From: Lachnospiraceae bacterium
GTDB lineage: Bacteria > Bacillota > Clostridia > Lachnospirales > Lachnospiraceae
Length of the DNA stretch: 64,000 nt
Direction of reading: 5' to 3'
Assembly: GCA_014799405.1 (NCBI GenBank)
Contig: JAAVIA010000052.1
Location: forward strand, 8,131-72,130
The notes below the pieces were generated by a model. That model searched no databases. It was not told the DNA's origin and saw only the letters and a program-made list of their open reading frames with translations. The translations under genes were made by a program, and so were the position numbers. Shown here in pieces: positions 16,797 to 26,980 of the stretch. Numbering within the stretch: the first letter of the stretch is position 1; the number at the start of each line of letters is the position of its first letter.

Positions 16797-19448
16797 ATGG
16801 CTGAACAAAAAAATGCCGGACGGAGTTCGTCAAAAAAAGGTTCTACGAGAGCTTCGGGCGGTACTAAAAAAGGCAATAAGACAGGCAGTACATATACAAG
16901 CGAACAAAAACAGGCTGCGTTAAAGGCTTTAAATGATGAAAGCAGTTCACGAAAAAATGAGATATATCTTTTTATATATCTTGCTGTTTCCGTGTTTCTC
17001 GTTTTAAGTAATTTTGGAGTTGGTGGTGTAGTCGGTAATTTTATTTCAAAAATAATATTTGGTTTTGTGGGCTCTGTAGCATATATTCTTCCTTTTTATA
17101 TTTTCTTTTCGGCTGCGTTTCTCCTTTCAAACGGTGCTCAGAAAAAAATTGTCAAAAGAGTTTTGTGTATAGCTATATTTATTGTTGCTCTTGCTTTTAT
17201 TTGTCAGATTATAAGCGGTGTTGATGAAGTATCCGTAAAAACGCTCTATGAGGAGGGAGCAAAGCATAAAAAAGGGGGCGGTGTACTTTTAGGAGGTATT
17301 CTTGCACTACTTTATAGGCTTATAGGAATGTCGGGCTCAATTATACTTATAGTACTGCTTACGATTATCGGAATAATAATAGTTATGGATGTGTCCATTG
17401 TGCGAATGATAAAGGATGGCTTCGATAAAGATGATGATGATTACGAGGAGGATTTGGATGAGGAGGCACTTATTTCAAACCAGCGTAAAAATAAGAACAT
17501 GTTAAATAATATCAAGGTTTTGGAATCTGCCGAAAGTAAGAAATCTAAAGGGAAAAATAAAAAGAAAAAGCCAAATCCTGAGGAGATTCATGAGCTTAAG
17601 CCGCTTCCGCCAAAGGACTTCTTTGATGGGGAGAGTCTTGATTATTCAGGAGAAAAAGATACTTTTAAAGCCGACAAGGAGGATTTTAACGGCAGTTCAA
17701 AGGACTTTTTTGCTGATAATGAAGCAGAAAGTAAGCAGGTTGTAGAGGCACCGAAGGGAAGAAGGAAGAAAACAAAAGAAACATATAATGACATGCTTGA
17801 TGAAAGAGACAGTATATCTGATGAAATAAAGAAAAAAACAGCTACGGCAGCGGATGTTTCTAAAAAAACAGAAATGGAAAAAAGTAATTTTGCCATATCA
17901 GATAAAGCAGAGCAAAATTCTGTGACACAAAAATCCGCAGGTAGTGGACAATCGACAGAAAGCATATCCCCTGAGGACTATAAATTTCCGCCGACTAATC
18001 TTTTAAAGACGGCAAAGGCAGGAAGAAGCTCGGACAATGATGCATATGTCAGGGAAACAGCCATGAAGCTTAAAAGCACGTTAGAGAATTTTGGTGTAAA
18101 TGTAACAATAACGGATTACAGTTGCGGTCCTTCCGTCACAAGATACGAGCTTCAGCCGGAACAGGGTGTCAAGGTAAGTAAAATAGTCGGACTTGCAGAC
18201 GACATTAAGCTTAACCTTGCGGCAGCGGACATAAGAATAGAAGCGCCTATACCGGGAAAGGCGGCAATTGGAATAGAGGTTCCAAATAAGGAAAGTCAGG
18301 CAGTATATTTCAGGGATTTGCTAGAATCGGATAATTATAAAAAATTCCCATCAAAAATAGCCTTTGCAGTGGGAAAGGATATAAGCGGTCAGGTTGTTGT
18401 TGCGGATATAGCAAAAATGCCCCATCTTCTTGTCGCAGGAGCAACAGGCTCTGGTAAATCGGTGTGCATAAACACGCTTATAATGAGTATTCTCTACAAG
18501 GCAAGACCTGATGAGGTTAAGCTTATCATGGTGGACCCTAAGCAGGTTGAGCTTAGCATATATAACGGTATTCCTCATATGCTTATACCGGTTGTTACCG
18601 ACCCTAAAAAGGCGGCAGGAGCGCTTAATTGGGCAGTAATGGAGATGACAAACAGATACCAACTTTTTGCACAGTATAATGTGCGTAATCTTCAGGGCTA
18701 CAATGAAAAGGTAAAGGCTGTGACAGGTGAGGAGGAAGGCAACGAGGAGCTTAAGAAGCTTCCTCAGATTGTCATTATAGTTGATGAGCTGGCTGACCTT
18801 ATGATGGTGGCGCATGGTGAGGTTGAGGATGCTATTGTAAGACTGTCTCAGCTTGCAAGAGCGGCAGGAATACATTTGGTAATAGCAACGCAAAGACCGT
18901 CAGTAGACGTAATTACGGGACTTATAAAGGCAAATGTTCCTTCACGTATAGCCATGACTGTATCATCGGGCGTTGACTCAAGGACAATTCTTGATATGAA
19001 CGGAGCAGAAAAGCTGCTTGGCAAGGGAGATATGCTCTTTTATCCTACGGGCTATCCAAAACCGGTGAGAGTGCAGGGTGCATTTTTATCAGATGAAGAA
19101 ATTGCAGATGTTGTTGACTTCTTAAAAAAGCAGTCGGGAGATGTTGAGTATGACAGCAAAATCACCGATGAGATAGATAAGTCAAACGTAGGAGGCTCGT
19201 CTCAGGCAGGAAGCAGCGGTTCAGAATATGATGATTATTTTGTCGATGCAGGAAAATTTATAATAGGCAAGGAAAAGGCGTCTATTGGTATGCTCCAAAG
19301 AGTATACAAGATAGGCTTTAACAGAGCAGCAAGAATCATGGATCAGCTTTCAGATGCAGGAGTTGTGGGACCTGAGGAGGGCACTAAGCCAAGAAAGGTG
19401 CTTATGACCATGGAAGAATTTGAAAATTATGTTGAAGAAAATATGTAA
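16797..19448 (+). CDS. ftsK: DNA translocase FtsK/SpoIIIE
   Basis: 4-TM N-terminus, acidic linker, HLLVAGATGSGKS, DELADLM, LATQRPS, gamma domain (IGFNRAARIMD). Confidence 0.97.
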   Translation: MAEQKNAGRSSSKKGSTRASGGTKKGNKTGSTYTSEQKQAALKALNDESSSRKNEIYLFIYLAVSVFLVLSNFGVGGVVGNFISKIIFGFVGSVAYILPFYIFFSAAFLLSNGAQKKIVKRVLCIAIFIVALAFICQIISGVDEVSVKTLYEEGAKHKKGGGVLLGGILALLYRLIGMSGSIILIVLLTIIGIIIVMDVSIVRMIKDGFDKDDDDYEEDLDEEALISNQRKNKNMLNNIKVLESAESKKSKGKNKKKKPNPEEIHELKPLPPKDFFDGESLDYSGEKDTFKADKEDFNGSSKDFFADNEAESKQVVEAPKGRRKKTKETYNDMLDERDSISDEIKKKTATAADVSKKTEMEKSNFAISDKAEQNSVTQKSAGSGQSTESISPEDYKFPPTNLLKTAKAGRSSDNDAYVRETAMKLKSTLENFGVNVTITDYSCGPSVTRYELQPEQGVKVSKIVGLADDIKLNLAAADIRIEAPIPGKAAIGIEVPNKESQAVYFRDLLESDNYKKFPSKIAFAVGKDISGQVVVADIAKMPHLLVAGATGSGKSVCINTLIMSILYKARPDEVKLIMVDPKQVELSIYNGIPHMLIPVVTDPKKAAGALNWAVMEMTNRYQLFAQYNVRNLQGYNEKVKAVTGEEEGNEELKKLPQIVIIVDELADLMMVAHGEVEDAIVRLSQLARAAGIHLVIATQRPSVDVITGLIKANVPSRIAMTVSSGVDSRTILDMNGAEKLLGKGDMLFYPTGYPKPVRVQGAFLSDEEIADVVDFLKKQSGDVEYDSKITDEIDKSNVGGSSQAGSSGSEYDDYFVDAGKFIIGKEKASIGMLQRVYKIGFNRAARIMDQLSDAGVVGPEEGTKPRKVLMTMEEFENYVEENM

Positions 19449-19525
19449 ATATAATATAGTGAAGTGATTAAATGCTGTTTCTTTAATGTTAAGTAATCAG
19501 GGGTAAATTTATAAGGAGATTAAGT

Positions 19526-21193
19526 ATGACTGATATTGAAATTGCACAGCAGGCTGAAATGAAAAACATAAAGGATGTAGTGTCGGTGCTTGATATAACA
19601 GAGGATGATTTGGAAATGTATGGAAAGTACAAGGCTAAGCTCTCTGATGAGTTTATGGCTTCCGTGAAAGACAATAAAGACGGAAAGCTTATTCTTGTCA
19701 CTGCAATAAATCCTACACCGGCAGGGGAAGGCAAAACTACCGTGACGGTTGGGCTTGGTCAGGCTATGGGCAGACTTGGTAAAAAGTCCGTGATTGCACT
19801 TCGTGAGCCCTCTCTTGGACCATGCTTTGGTATAAAGGGTGGTGCCGCAGGAGGAGGATATTCCCAGGTTGTTCCAATGGAGGACTTAAATCTACATTTT
19901 ACGGGAGATTTTCATGCAATAACATCTGCAAATAATCTCCTTGCCGCACTTATGGACAATCACATACATCAGGGCAATGCTCTCAGAATAGATACAAAAA
20001 GGATTGTTTTTAAGCGATGTCTTGACATGAACGACAGGGTACTTAGAAATATTATTGTTGGAATGGGTAAGAAAACAGACGGAGTTATGCGTGAGGATGG
20101 ATTTGTCATTACCGTTGCATCAGAGATTATGGCGATACTCTGTCTTGCTTCCGATATAAATGACCTTAAGGAAAGGCTATCAAAAATAATAGTTGCCTAC
20201 AATGTAAACAATGAGCCTGTTACGGCAGGTGACCTTAAGGCAGTGGGAGCAATGACTGCACTTTTAAAGGATGCAATAAAGCCAAATGTAATACAGACCC
20301 TTGAGCATACACCGGCAATTGTTCATGGAGGACCCTTTGCCAATATTGCACATGGCTGCAATTCAGTAAGGGCAACTAAAACAGCGTTAAAAATTGCAGA
20401 TTACGTTATAACGGAGGCGGGCTTTGGCGCGGATTTGGGAGCAGAGAAGTTTTTTGACATAAAGTGCAGAATGTCGGGACTTGTACCTGATGCAGTTGTG
20501 CTTGTGGCTACCATAAGGGCGTTAAAGTATAACGGTGGAGTGCCAAAGGAGGAGCTTGGAAATGAAAATGTGGAAGCTCTTAAAAAGGGTATAGTAAATC
20601 TTGAAAAGCACATTGAGAATCTTATGATGTACGGCGTGCCGGTAGTAGTTACACTAAACAGATTCATGTCTGACACGGAGGCAGAGCTTGATTTTGTAAG
20701 AAAATTCTGTGAAGATAAGGGCTGTGACTTTGCTCCTGCAAATGTGTGGGAGAAGGGTGGTGAAGGCGGAATAGATCTGGCAAACGCAGTTATTCATACA
20801 CTTGAAAATAAAAAGAGTGACTTTAAACTTTTATATGAGGATAGTCTTTCCATAAAGGAAAAGATAAGGACTGTAGCCACAAGGATATATGGTGCGGACG
20901 ATGTAACCTACAGCAAGGAGGCGGAGACTGCAATAGCAAAGATAGAGGCAATGGGATTCTCCCATATGCCTGTATGTATGGCAAAAAACCAGTATTCACT
21001 TTCTGACGATGCCTCTAAGCTTGGCAGGCCTACAGGCTTTAATATAAATATCCGTGAGGTTTATGTAAGTGCAGGTGCAGGCTTTGTTGTTGCGATAACG
21101 GGACAGATAATGACGATGCCGGGACTTCCTAAGATACCTGCGGCGGAGGGAATATATGTTGATGAAAACGGCGTGATTGCGGGACTGTTTTAA
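19526..21193 (+). CDS. fhs: Formate--tetrahydrofolate ligase
   Basis: [39 protein letters not shown]. Confidence 0.99.
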   Translation: MTDIEIAQQAEMKNIKDVVSVLDITEDDLEMYGKYKAKLSDEFMASVKDNKDGKLILVTAINPTPAGEGKTTVTVGLGQAMGRLGKKSVIALREPSLGPCFGIKGGAAGGGYSQVVPMEDLNLHFTGDFHAITSANNLLAALMDNHIHQGNALRIDTKRIVFKRCLDMNDRVLRNIIVGMGKKTDGVMREDGFVITVASEIMAILCLASDINDLKERLSKIIVAYNVNNEPVTAGDLKAVGAMTALLKDAIKPNVIQTLEHTPAIVHGGPFANIAHGCNSVRATKTALKIADYVITEAGFGADLGAEKFFDIKCRMSGLVPDAVVLVATIRALKYNGGVPKEELGNENVEALKKGIVNLEKHIENLMMYGVPVVVTLNRFMSDTEAELDFVRKFCEDKGCDFAPANVWEKGGEGGIDLANAVIHTLENKKSDFKLLYEDSLSIKEKIRTVATRIYGADDVTYSKEAETAIAKIEAMGFSHMPVCMAKNQYSLSDDASKLGRPTGFNINIREVYVSAGAGFVVAITGQIMTMPGLPKIPAAEGIYVDENGVIAGLF

Positions 21194-21217
21194 TTTGTTG
21201 CTGATAAAATAATAAAT

Positions 21218-21273
21218 GGCTGCCACATGAATGATTTAAAATGCAGATATGTTAAATCATCAGAGTGGCAGCC
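21218..21273. terminator. Bidirectional terminator-like hairpin with a nested inner stem
   Basis: GGCTGCCAC/GTGGCAGCC arms enclose ATGATTTAA/TTAAATCAT, between convergent genes. Confidence 0.65.
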
Positions 21274-21294
21274 TTATTAAATAAAAATGTTTAT

Positions 21295-21546
21295 TTACAT
21301 ATATTGAGTTGTTCCACCATATAACATATTTTTATGAAGCTCCTTATTATATTCGGGTGCACTTATTGTAATGATTTCATTTTTGGTATCTGCGTAAATG
21401 GTCTTTTGAATTGTTACAGTGCCGTTCTTTGAGGAACCATAACTGTTGCCGCCGCTGTCAGCAAGATAAGGCTCTTTACTGTTTCGTAAAATGTCATAGT
21501 CTAAAAAGTAATTCTCCAAAATTTTTTCTTTTTCCGGTTTCTTCAA
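21295..21546 (-). CDS. Small hypothetical protein (about 83 aa)
   Basis: TTG start 7 nt after a strong AAAGGAGG RBS on the minus strand. No recognisable domain. Confidence 0.5.
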   Translation of the reverse strand: MKKPEKEKILENYFLDYDILRNSKEPYLADSGGNSYGSSKNGTVTIQKTIYADTKNEIITISAPEYNKELHKNMLYGGTTQYM

Positions 21547-21857
21547 AAAAATTCCTCCTTTGTTTGGCGGAAGATAAAATAATATGGTGTAATTTTTGTC
21601 AGTATTATAAAATAATATCTTCTCTGCCTGTATTATAGTGATAATAAAGCATCGAAGAATTAAGCTTTTGAATACGAGAAACAGGTTAACCCCGTCAAAG
21701 ACAAAATAGAACAATGCTTTAATGGGATATTACCATATGCGTGTGTGAAATGCAAGTGTTTTTATTAAGTGAATATTCATACTGGCAAATGTCACGTGCC
21801 AATGATATAATCTAAAAAATTTGGTTTGTCCTAAATAATACGAGGTGATTTTACAAA

Positions 21858-23555
21858 ATGAAGACAAGTAATGAGCTGCGGACACTTCTCCACAGCATAG
21901 ACCACAAGGGATATCCCAATTATAAGCAGACAGCAGGGGGATATCATTTTAAGCAATTTGACCTATATATTGACCATGTGCAGGGAGATCCGTTTGCATC
22001 ACCGTCCAGTCTGCATATTGAGGTATTTCACCAACAGGCAGGGTTCCCTGAGTCGTACTACAAGGGACGTGATGCAAAGGTGGCAAGGATTGCATTGCAG
22101 GACTATCTGACAAGACTGTTATGTGCACAATTTGAACAATATAATTTTAAGGCTAAGGGTTCCGGCAAAAGTGGCTTGATTTCTATTAGCCGGTGTGGAC
22201 AGGCAGTACTTGAGCGTACTGCCTGCCAAATTACGGATGAAAAAATAATTATGCGGTTTCATGTTGGATTTCCTGCCTTTGGAAGAACGATTCATTCAGG
22301 AGAACTGGAGAAGATTTTATTTGAATTTTTTCCTAAATGTGTGGAGAATAGTTTGTATTATGTAAACTTAGATAAGAAAAAGGTGGAAGCAGCTGTATTT
22401 CTTGCGGAGGATCAAAATGCATTGCGCCAAATATTAAAGCAGGAGAAGCTGGTGGCATTTGTTGCAAATGGTTCTGTTTTACCAAGGCGAAGTGGAGTAT
22501 CTAATCTCCCATTAAAAGAGGCTGTTCCGTTTGTATCGCCTGTGTCAATGGAGAGGAGCTTTTCCCTGCCACATATTGGAAAGATAAGCGGTATGGCAGT
22601 TCCGGAGGGGATAACACTTATTGTAGGCGGTGGCTATCACGGAAAGTCAACGCTTTTGTCAGCCATGCAACAGGGTGTTTACAATCATATCCGGGGTGAC
22701 GGCAGGGAATTTGTTGTTACTGACGAAACCGCAGTTAAGCTTCGGGCAGAGGATGGACGCTCCATTAGAAATGTGGATATTTCATTATTTATTAATGACT
22801 TGCCAAACAACAAGGATACCAGCTCTTTTTATACGGAGGATGCTAGTGGAAGCACATCTCAGGCGGCCGGTGTCGTTGAGGGAATAGAAGCAGGTACAAG
22901 ACTGTTTTTAATTGATGAAGATACATCCGCAACTAATTTTATGGTTCGTGATGAATTTATGCAGCAGGTAATCAGTCGTGAGAAAGAGCCTATTACACCG
23001 TTTTTGGAGCGTGCCAGAGATTTGTATGAAAAGTCGGGAATTTCTACCATTCTTGTTGCGGGAAGTTCGGGCGCATTTTTCTACATTGCCGATTCTATTT
23101 TACAGATGGATTGCTACAATACAGTTGACATAACATCAAAAGTAAAGGCGATGTGCGATAGCCATATAACACCAAGGACCCAGGCACCCAATTATTGTAT
23201 TCCGGAATTTCAACGTGTCCTGCCAAAGTATTCCGGTGGAAAAAACAGTCATCGCCCTATGAAAGTAAAAGCATTTGGTGTGGAATCACTTTCTTTGGAT
23301 AAATCCAATGTGGATGTGCGTTACGTGGAGCAATTGACGGATGCGGAGCAAACGACAGCGCTTGCTTATATGTTACGGTATATATTAGAAAATAAGCTGG
23401 ACGGAAAAAACACCGTGCAGGATATTGTAAAAGCAGTGGAGCTTTTATTGGAGAGCAAAGGGTTTGCACCATTTTGTGGCACCTATATACCATGCGGACT
23501 TGCAAGACCAAGAGTGCAGGAGATTTATGCGTGTCTGAACCGTTTCAGGGGATAA
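21858..23555 (+). CDS. ABC-class ATPase domain protein (COG3044-type, soluble, no permease)
   Basis: N-terminal HVQGDPFASPS, Walker A GGGYHGKST, AEDGRSI, DASGSTSQAA, Walker B DEDTSATNFM. Confidence 0.88.
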   Translation: MKTSNELRTLLHSIDHKGYPNYKQTAGGYHFKQFDLYIDHVQGDPFASPSSLHIEVFHQQAGFPESYYKGRDAKVARIALQDYLTRLLCAQFEQYNFKAKGSGKSGLISISRCGQAVLERTACQITDEKIIMRFHVGFPAFGRTIHSGELEKILFEFFPKCVENSLYYVNLDKKKVEAAVFLAEDQNALRQILKQEKLVAFVANGSVLPRRSGVSNLPLKEAVPFVSPVSMERSFSLPHIGKISGMAVPEGITLIVGGGYHGKSTLLSAMQQGVYNHIRGDGREFVVTDETAVKLRAEDGRSIRNVDISLFINDLPNNKDTSSFYTEDASGSTSQAAGVVEGIEAGTRLFLIDEDTSATNFMVRDEFMQQVISREKEPITPFLERARDLYEKSGISTILVAGSSGAFFYIADSILQMDCYNTVDITSKVKAMCDSHITPRTQAPNYCIPEFQRVLPKYSGGKNSHRPMKVKAFGVESLSLDKSNVDVRYVEQLTDAEQTTALAYMLRYILENKLDGKNTVQDIVKAVELLLESKGFAPFCGTYIPCGLARPRVQEIYACLNRFRG

Positions 23556-23598
23556 GGGATGTTTTTGACGGTAGATAGTATACTTGGGAGGAGATTGT

Positions 23599-24165
23599 AT
23601 GAGTACAGATAAATTTGCAGTAGTTGATACTGAGACAAATTGGTATGACGAGGTAATGTCTATTGGAGTAGTAGTTGCTGAGTCAGAAACTATGAAAAAA
23701 ATTGATTCAATCTATTACATAATTGACCCTGCGTATCGAGTAGGTGGAATGTACTCAAATGAATTGAGGGTTGATGAAGAAGGCGTTTGCGTTGCAAGTA
23801 GAAGTCAGGCATTGAATGAAATCAAACAATGGTTGGATTCTTATAACGTACAGAAGCTGTTTGCCTATAATGCCAGATTTGACAAGATGCATCTGCCTGA
23901 ATATTCAAGGTATAAATGGTATGATATTATGCGGTTGGCAGCATATCGCCAATATAACAGGGCTATACCGGACACTGCGGATTGTTACAGGACCGGGAGA
24001 ATGAAACGGGGATATGGTGTTGAAAGTATATTGATAATGCTCAGTGAAAATCATGAATACATGGAAACACATAATGCAGTTTTGGATGCAGAGGACGAGC
24101 TGCAAATTATGCAATTGCTTGGACATGGGCTAAGTGAATATGATATTGCGTTTATATCAGACTAA
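23599..24165 (+). CDS. DEDDh 3'-5' exonuclease
   Basis: ExoI VVDTET, ExoII YNARFD, ExoIII HNAVLD. RBS GGAGGAG. Confidence 0.85.
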   Translation: MSTDKFAVVDTETNWYDEVMSIGVVVAESETMKKIDSIYYIIDPAYRVGGMYSNELRVDEEGVCVASRSQALNEIKQWLDSYNVQKLFAYNARFDKMHLPEYSRYKWYDIMRLAAYRQYNRAIPDTADCYRTGRMKRGYGVESILIMLSENHEYMETHNAVLDAEDELQIMQLLGHGLSEYDIAFISD

Positions 24166-24204
24166 GAAGCAAAGGCTTTAGAAGCTGCGGGGTAGAGGAA
24201 CGTT

Positions 24205-24525
24205 ATGAACTTGCAAAAAAACAGAGAGGAGCCATTTATGATATATAAAATAAAAGATGAATTTTTTGCATTAAGCGTTATTGCAGTGCTTTGTCCTATT
24301 ATAACAATTATTATAGGTTTGTTTGATAAAATGGAGCCGTACTCCCTTTTACATTTTAGGGTTGATTTGTTGTCAGGAGCTATAATCGGAAGTATTTTTG
24401 GAATCATAGCAATAGCGGGTAACAGAAAGAGAAAAAAGAAAGTTATTACTTGTTTGTCGGCTATACCATTTGTCCTTATAATATTAAATCTGGCAGTAGA
24501 TTTTTTATTTGTAAAGGCTGTTTAG
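24205..24525 (+). CDS. Small membrane protein (about 3 TM)
   Basis: Three hydrophobic segments. Alternative start at 24238. Confidence 0.65.
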   Translation: MNLQKNREEPFMIYKIKDEFFALSVIAVLCPIITIIIGLFDKMEPYSLLHFRVDLLSGAIIGSIFGIIAIAGNRKRKKKVITCLSAIPFVLIILNLAVDFLFVKAV

Positions 24526-24648
24526 ACATTCATTTTACGGTATTAATATGCTTATTTATGGAAAGAAGGACTTATGAAAGTCCTTTTTTCTATTGCAACA
24601 AAAAGAGGAAAGATATAAAATGGGATAAGTGGTATAAATTGGTGGAGT

Positions 24649-25767
24649 ATGTATATGGATAGAAAAATATCAACAGCGCTTAAAATGCTGGCGCTTTCAA
24701 TAGCGCTTGTTTTTATCTATAAGCTTGGTGTTGAAAATAAAAATGACACAGACAGGAATGACTCACAGTATGCCTATGTAAGTACGTCGGCAGACGGAAG
24801 GGAAAGCAGAATAAGAGATTACCGTATGGGAACGTCAGTAAGTGTTACGACTTACGGCGTAGGAGCAGAAGAATCGGCTGTCTTGGCATTTGAGTGTATA
24901 GACAGACTTGACGGACAGGTGCTTACCTTGGAAATTGACAGGCTTGTTGCGGATTATAAGGTGGGAGAGCCTTACAGGGTAAGTGATGAACTTTATAATG
25001 CGTTAAGACAGTCCCTTGATATATGTGCCGACAGTAACGGAGCGTTGGATATAACCATTGAGCCTTTAAATAGACTTTGGGGCATTGAGGGAAAATATGA
25101 CGGCTTTCAGGTTCCCAGTGATGATGAAATAAGTGCAGCACTTGATGTGGTGGGATATGAAAACATAAGCGCTTATATAGATAAGAGTAAAGATAGTAAT
25201 AATGTCAATAATGATGCAGGGTATATTGTAATAGACAAAGAAAATATGGATTTTGCCATAGGAGCCGTAGGTAAGGGATATGCCCTTGATATAATAAGGG
25301 AAGCACTTGAAAAAAGCGAAATACAGGGTGCATGCGTGACAATCGGAGGAAGCATTCTTGTATATGGAAGTAAGACGAATGGTGAAGGCTTTACCGTGGG
25401 CATAAGAAATCCGAGAGGAGATGAAGCCGATCTTATAGGACGTCTTATATTTGAGGCAAATGACATGGTCTGTATTTCAACCTCAGGCGACTATGAAAAG
25501 TATGTTGAGTCAGATGGCGTAAGATACCATCATATATTTGACAGAAGCACAGGGTATCCTGCAAAAAGCGGTCTTATATCTGTTACCGTAGTGTGTGAGT
25601 CGGGACTTTACAGCGACGGACTTTCAACAGCCTGTTTTGTACTTGGATATGATAAATCACTGGAACTACTTGAAAAATATAACGCTGATGCCGTGTTTGT
25701 GAATGATGACGGAAATATAATCATAACGGACGGACTGAAAGGGAAATTTATACCTATAGATGACTGA
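24649..25767 (+). CDS. apbE: FAD:protein FMN transferase
   Basis: MGTSVSV, GALDITI, GAVGKGY, STSGDYEK, HHIFD, SDGLSTA. Confidence 0.92.
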   Translation: MYMDRKISTALKMLALSIALVFIYKLGVENKNDTDRNDSQYAYVSTSADGRESRIRDYRMGTSVSVTTYGVGAEESAVLAFECIDRLDGQVLTLEIDRLVADYKVGEPYRVSDELYNALRQSLDICADSNGALDITIEPLNRLWGIEGKYDGFQVPSDDEISAALDVVGYENISAYIDKSKDSNNVNNDAGYIVIDKENMDFAIGAVGKGYALDIIREALEKSEIQGACVTIGGSILVYGSKTNGEGFTVGIRNPRGDEADLIGRLIFEANDMVCISTSGDYEKYVESDGVRYHHIFDRSTGYPAKSGLISVTVVCESGLYSDGLSTACFVLGYDKSLELLEKYNADAVFVNDDGNIIITDGLKGKFIPIDD

Positions 25768-25790
25768 CGTTCAAGAAGGAGGACAAAGCT

Positions 25791-26309
25791 ATGAAAAAAT
25801 TATTGATTGTTGTTGACATGCAGAAGGATTTTATTGATGGAGCCCTTGGGACAAAGGAGGCGTGTGCCATCGTAAGTCCCGCTGCTGACTATATAAAAAA
25901 GGCAATGGATGAGGATGTGGAGGTTGTATTTACGAGGGATACACACCATGAGGATTATATGGATACCCAGGAGGGAAAAAAGCTTCCTGTTCCACATTGC
26001 ATCGAGGGCAAGGTCGGTTGGGAAATATGTGATGAATTAATGCCTCTTGCAGAAGGGAAACTTATATTTGACAAGCCAACCTTCGGAAGCGTTAAGCTTC
26101 AGGAATATGTTGCAAGAGAGGGCTTTGATGAGATAACCCTGCTTGGGCTTTGTACGGACATATGCGTTATATCAAATGCAATGCTTGTTAAGGCAGCACT
26201 GCCTGAGGCATCTGTGCGTATCGTGGGAAGCTGTTCGGCAGGTGTTACGCCTGAGAGCCATGACAACGCATTAAAGGCCATGTCTATGTGTCAGATAGAA
26301 ATTATTTAA
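25791..26309 (+). CDS. Isochorismatase-family cysteine hydrolase (nicotinamidase-like)
   Basis: VVDMQKDF, DTH, PHC, K, GLCTDIC. Confidence 0.88.
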   Translation: MKKLLIVVDMQKDFIDGALGTKEACAIVSPAADYIKKAMDEDVEVVFTRDTHHEDYMDTQEGKKLPVPHCIEGKVGWEICDELMPLAEGKLIFDKPTFGSVKLQEYVAREGFDEITLLGLCTDICVISNAMLVKAALPEASVRIVGSCSAGVTPESHDNALKAMSMCQIEII

Positions 26310-26362
26310 GAGCTGCGTTAAAGCGTATGTAGTTATTTTCTTTAGAAGGAAAGGTGCAAGCT

Positions 26363-26944
26363 ATGAAGTGGTTAGAGCATTTAAAAACCATAAACAATCA
26401 CAAATATTTGGTAATGAAGCACTGCTTTGCGGTAGGGCTTTATAAGCAGGGAATATTACACGATTTGTCCAAATATTCATGGACGGAATTTTCCATGGGT
26501 GCAAAATATTATCAGGGAAACAGAAGCCCGAATGATGCAGAGCGTGAGGATAAGGGTTATACTACCTCATGGCTTCATCACAAAGGACGCAATAAGCATC
26601 ATCTTGAATATTGGATTGACTATAGCTTAGATAAGTCAAAGGGCATTGTGGGAATGCCTATGCCCAAGGAATATATTATAGAAATGTTCTGTGACAGAAT
26701 AGCGGCGTGTAAAACCTATAATAAGGACAACTACAATGAAAGTCAGCCCCTTGAATATTATTTGAAGGGAAGGGCAAGCAAGCTGCTTCATCCCGACACA
26801 AGAAAAACCTTGGAAAAATATCTTTATATGCTCAGCGAAAAGGGTGAGGAATACACGTTTAAGTATATAAAAAATAAAGAGGTTATACCGCTTAGAATAA
26901 AAAAGCTTTCAAGATATTTTCCGTTTCTTGAGTACATTTTTTAA
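26363..26944 (+). CDS. HD-like hypothetical protein (resembles DUF5662)
   Basis: HK...HDLSKY, HHKGRNKHH, EMFCDR pattern. Family assignment is from recollection. Confidence 0.7.
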   Translation: MKWLEHLKTINNHKYLVMKHCFAVGLYKQGILHDLSKYSWTEFSMGAKYYQGNRSPNDAEREDKGYTTSWLHHKGRNKHHLEYWIDYSLDKSKGIVGMPMPKEYIIEMFCDRIAACKTYNKDNYNESQPLEYYLKGRASKLLHPDTRKTLEKYLYMLSEKGEEYTFKYIKNKEVIPLRIKKLSRYFPFLEYIF

Positions 26945-26980
26945 CAAAGGCTAAAGCATAAAGAAGGGTAAGGTAAATTC

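Noticed and set aside
15944-19448. tepA-ftsK adjacency as a novelty
   Set aside because: Canonical Firmicutes arrangement.
19449-19525. THF or ZMP riboswitch upstream of fhs
   Set aside because: Only 77 bp of AT-rich sequence with no aptamer consensus.
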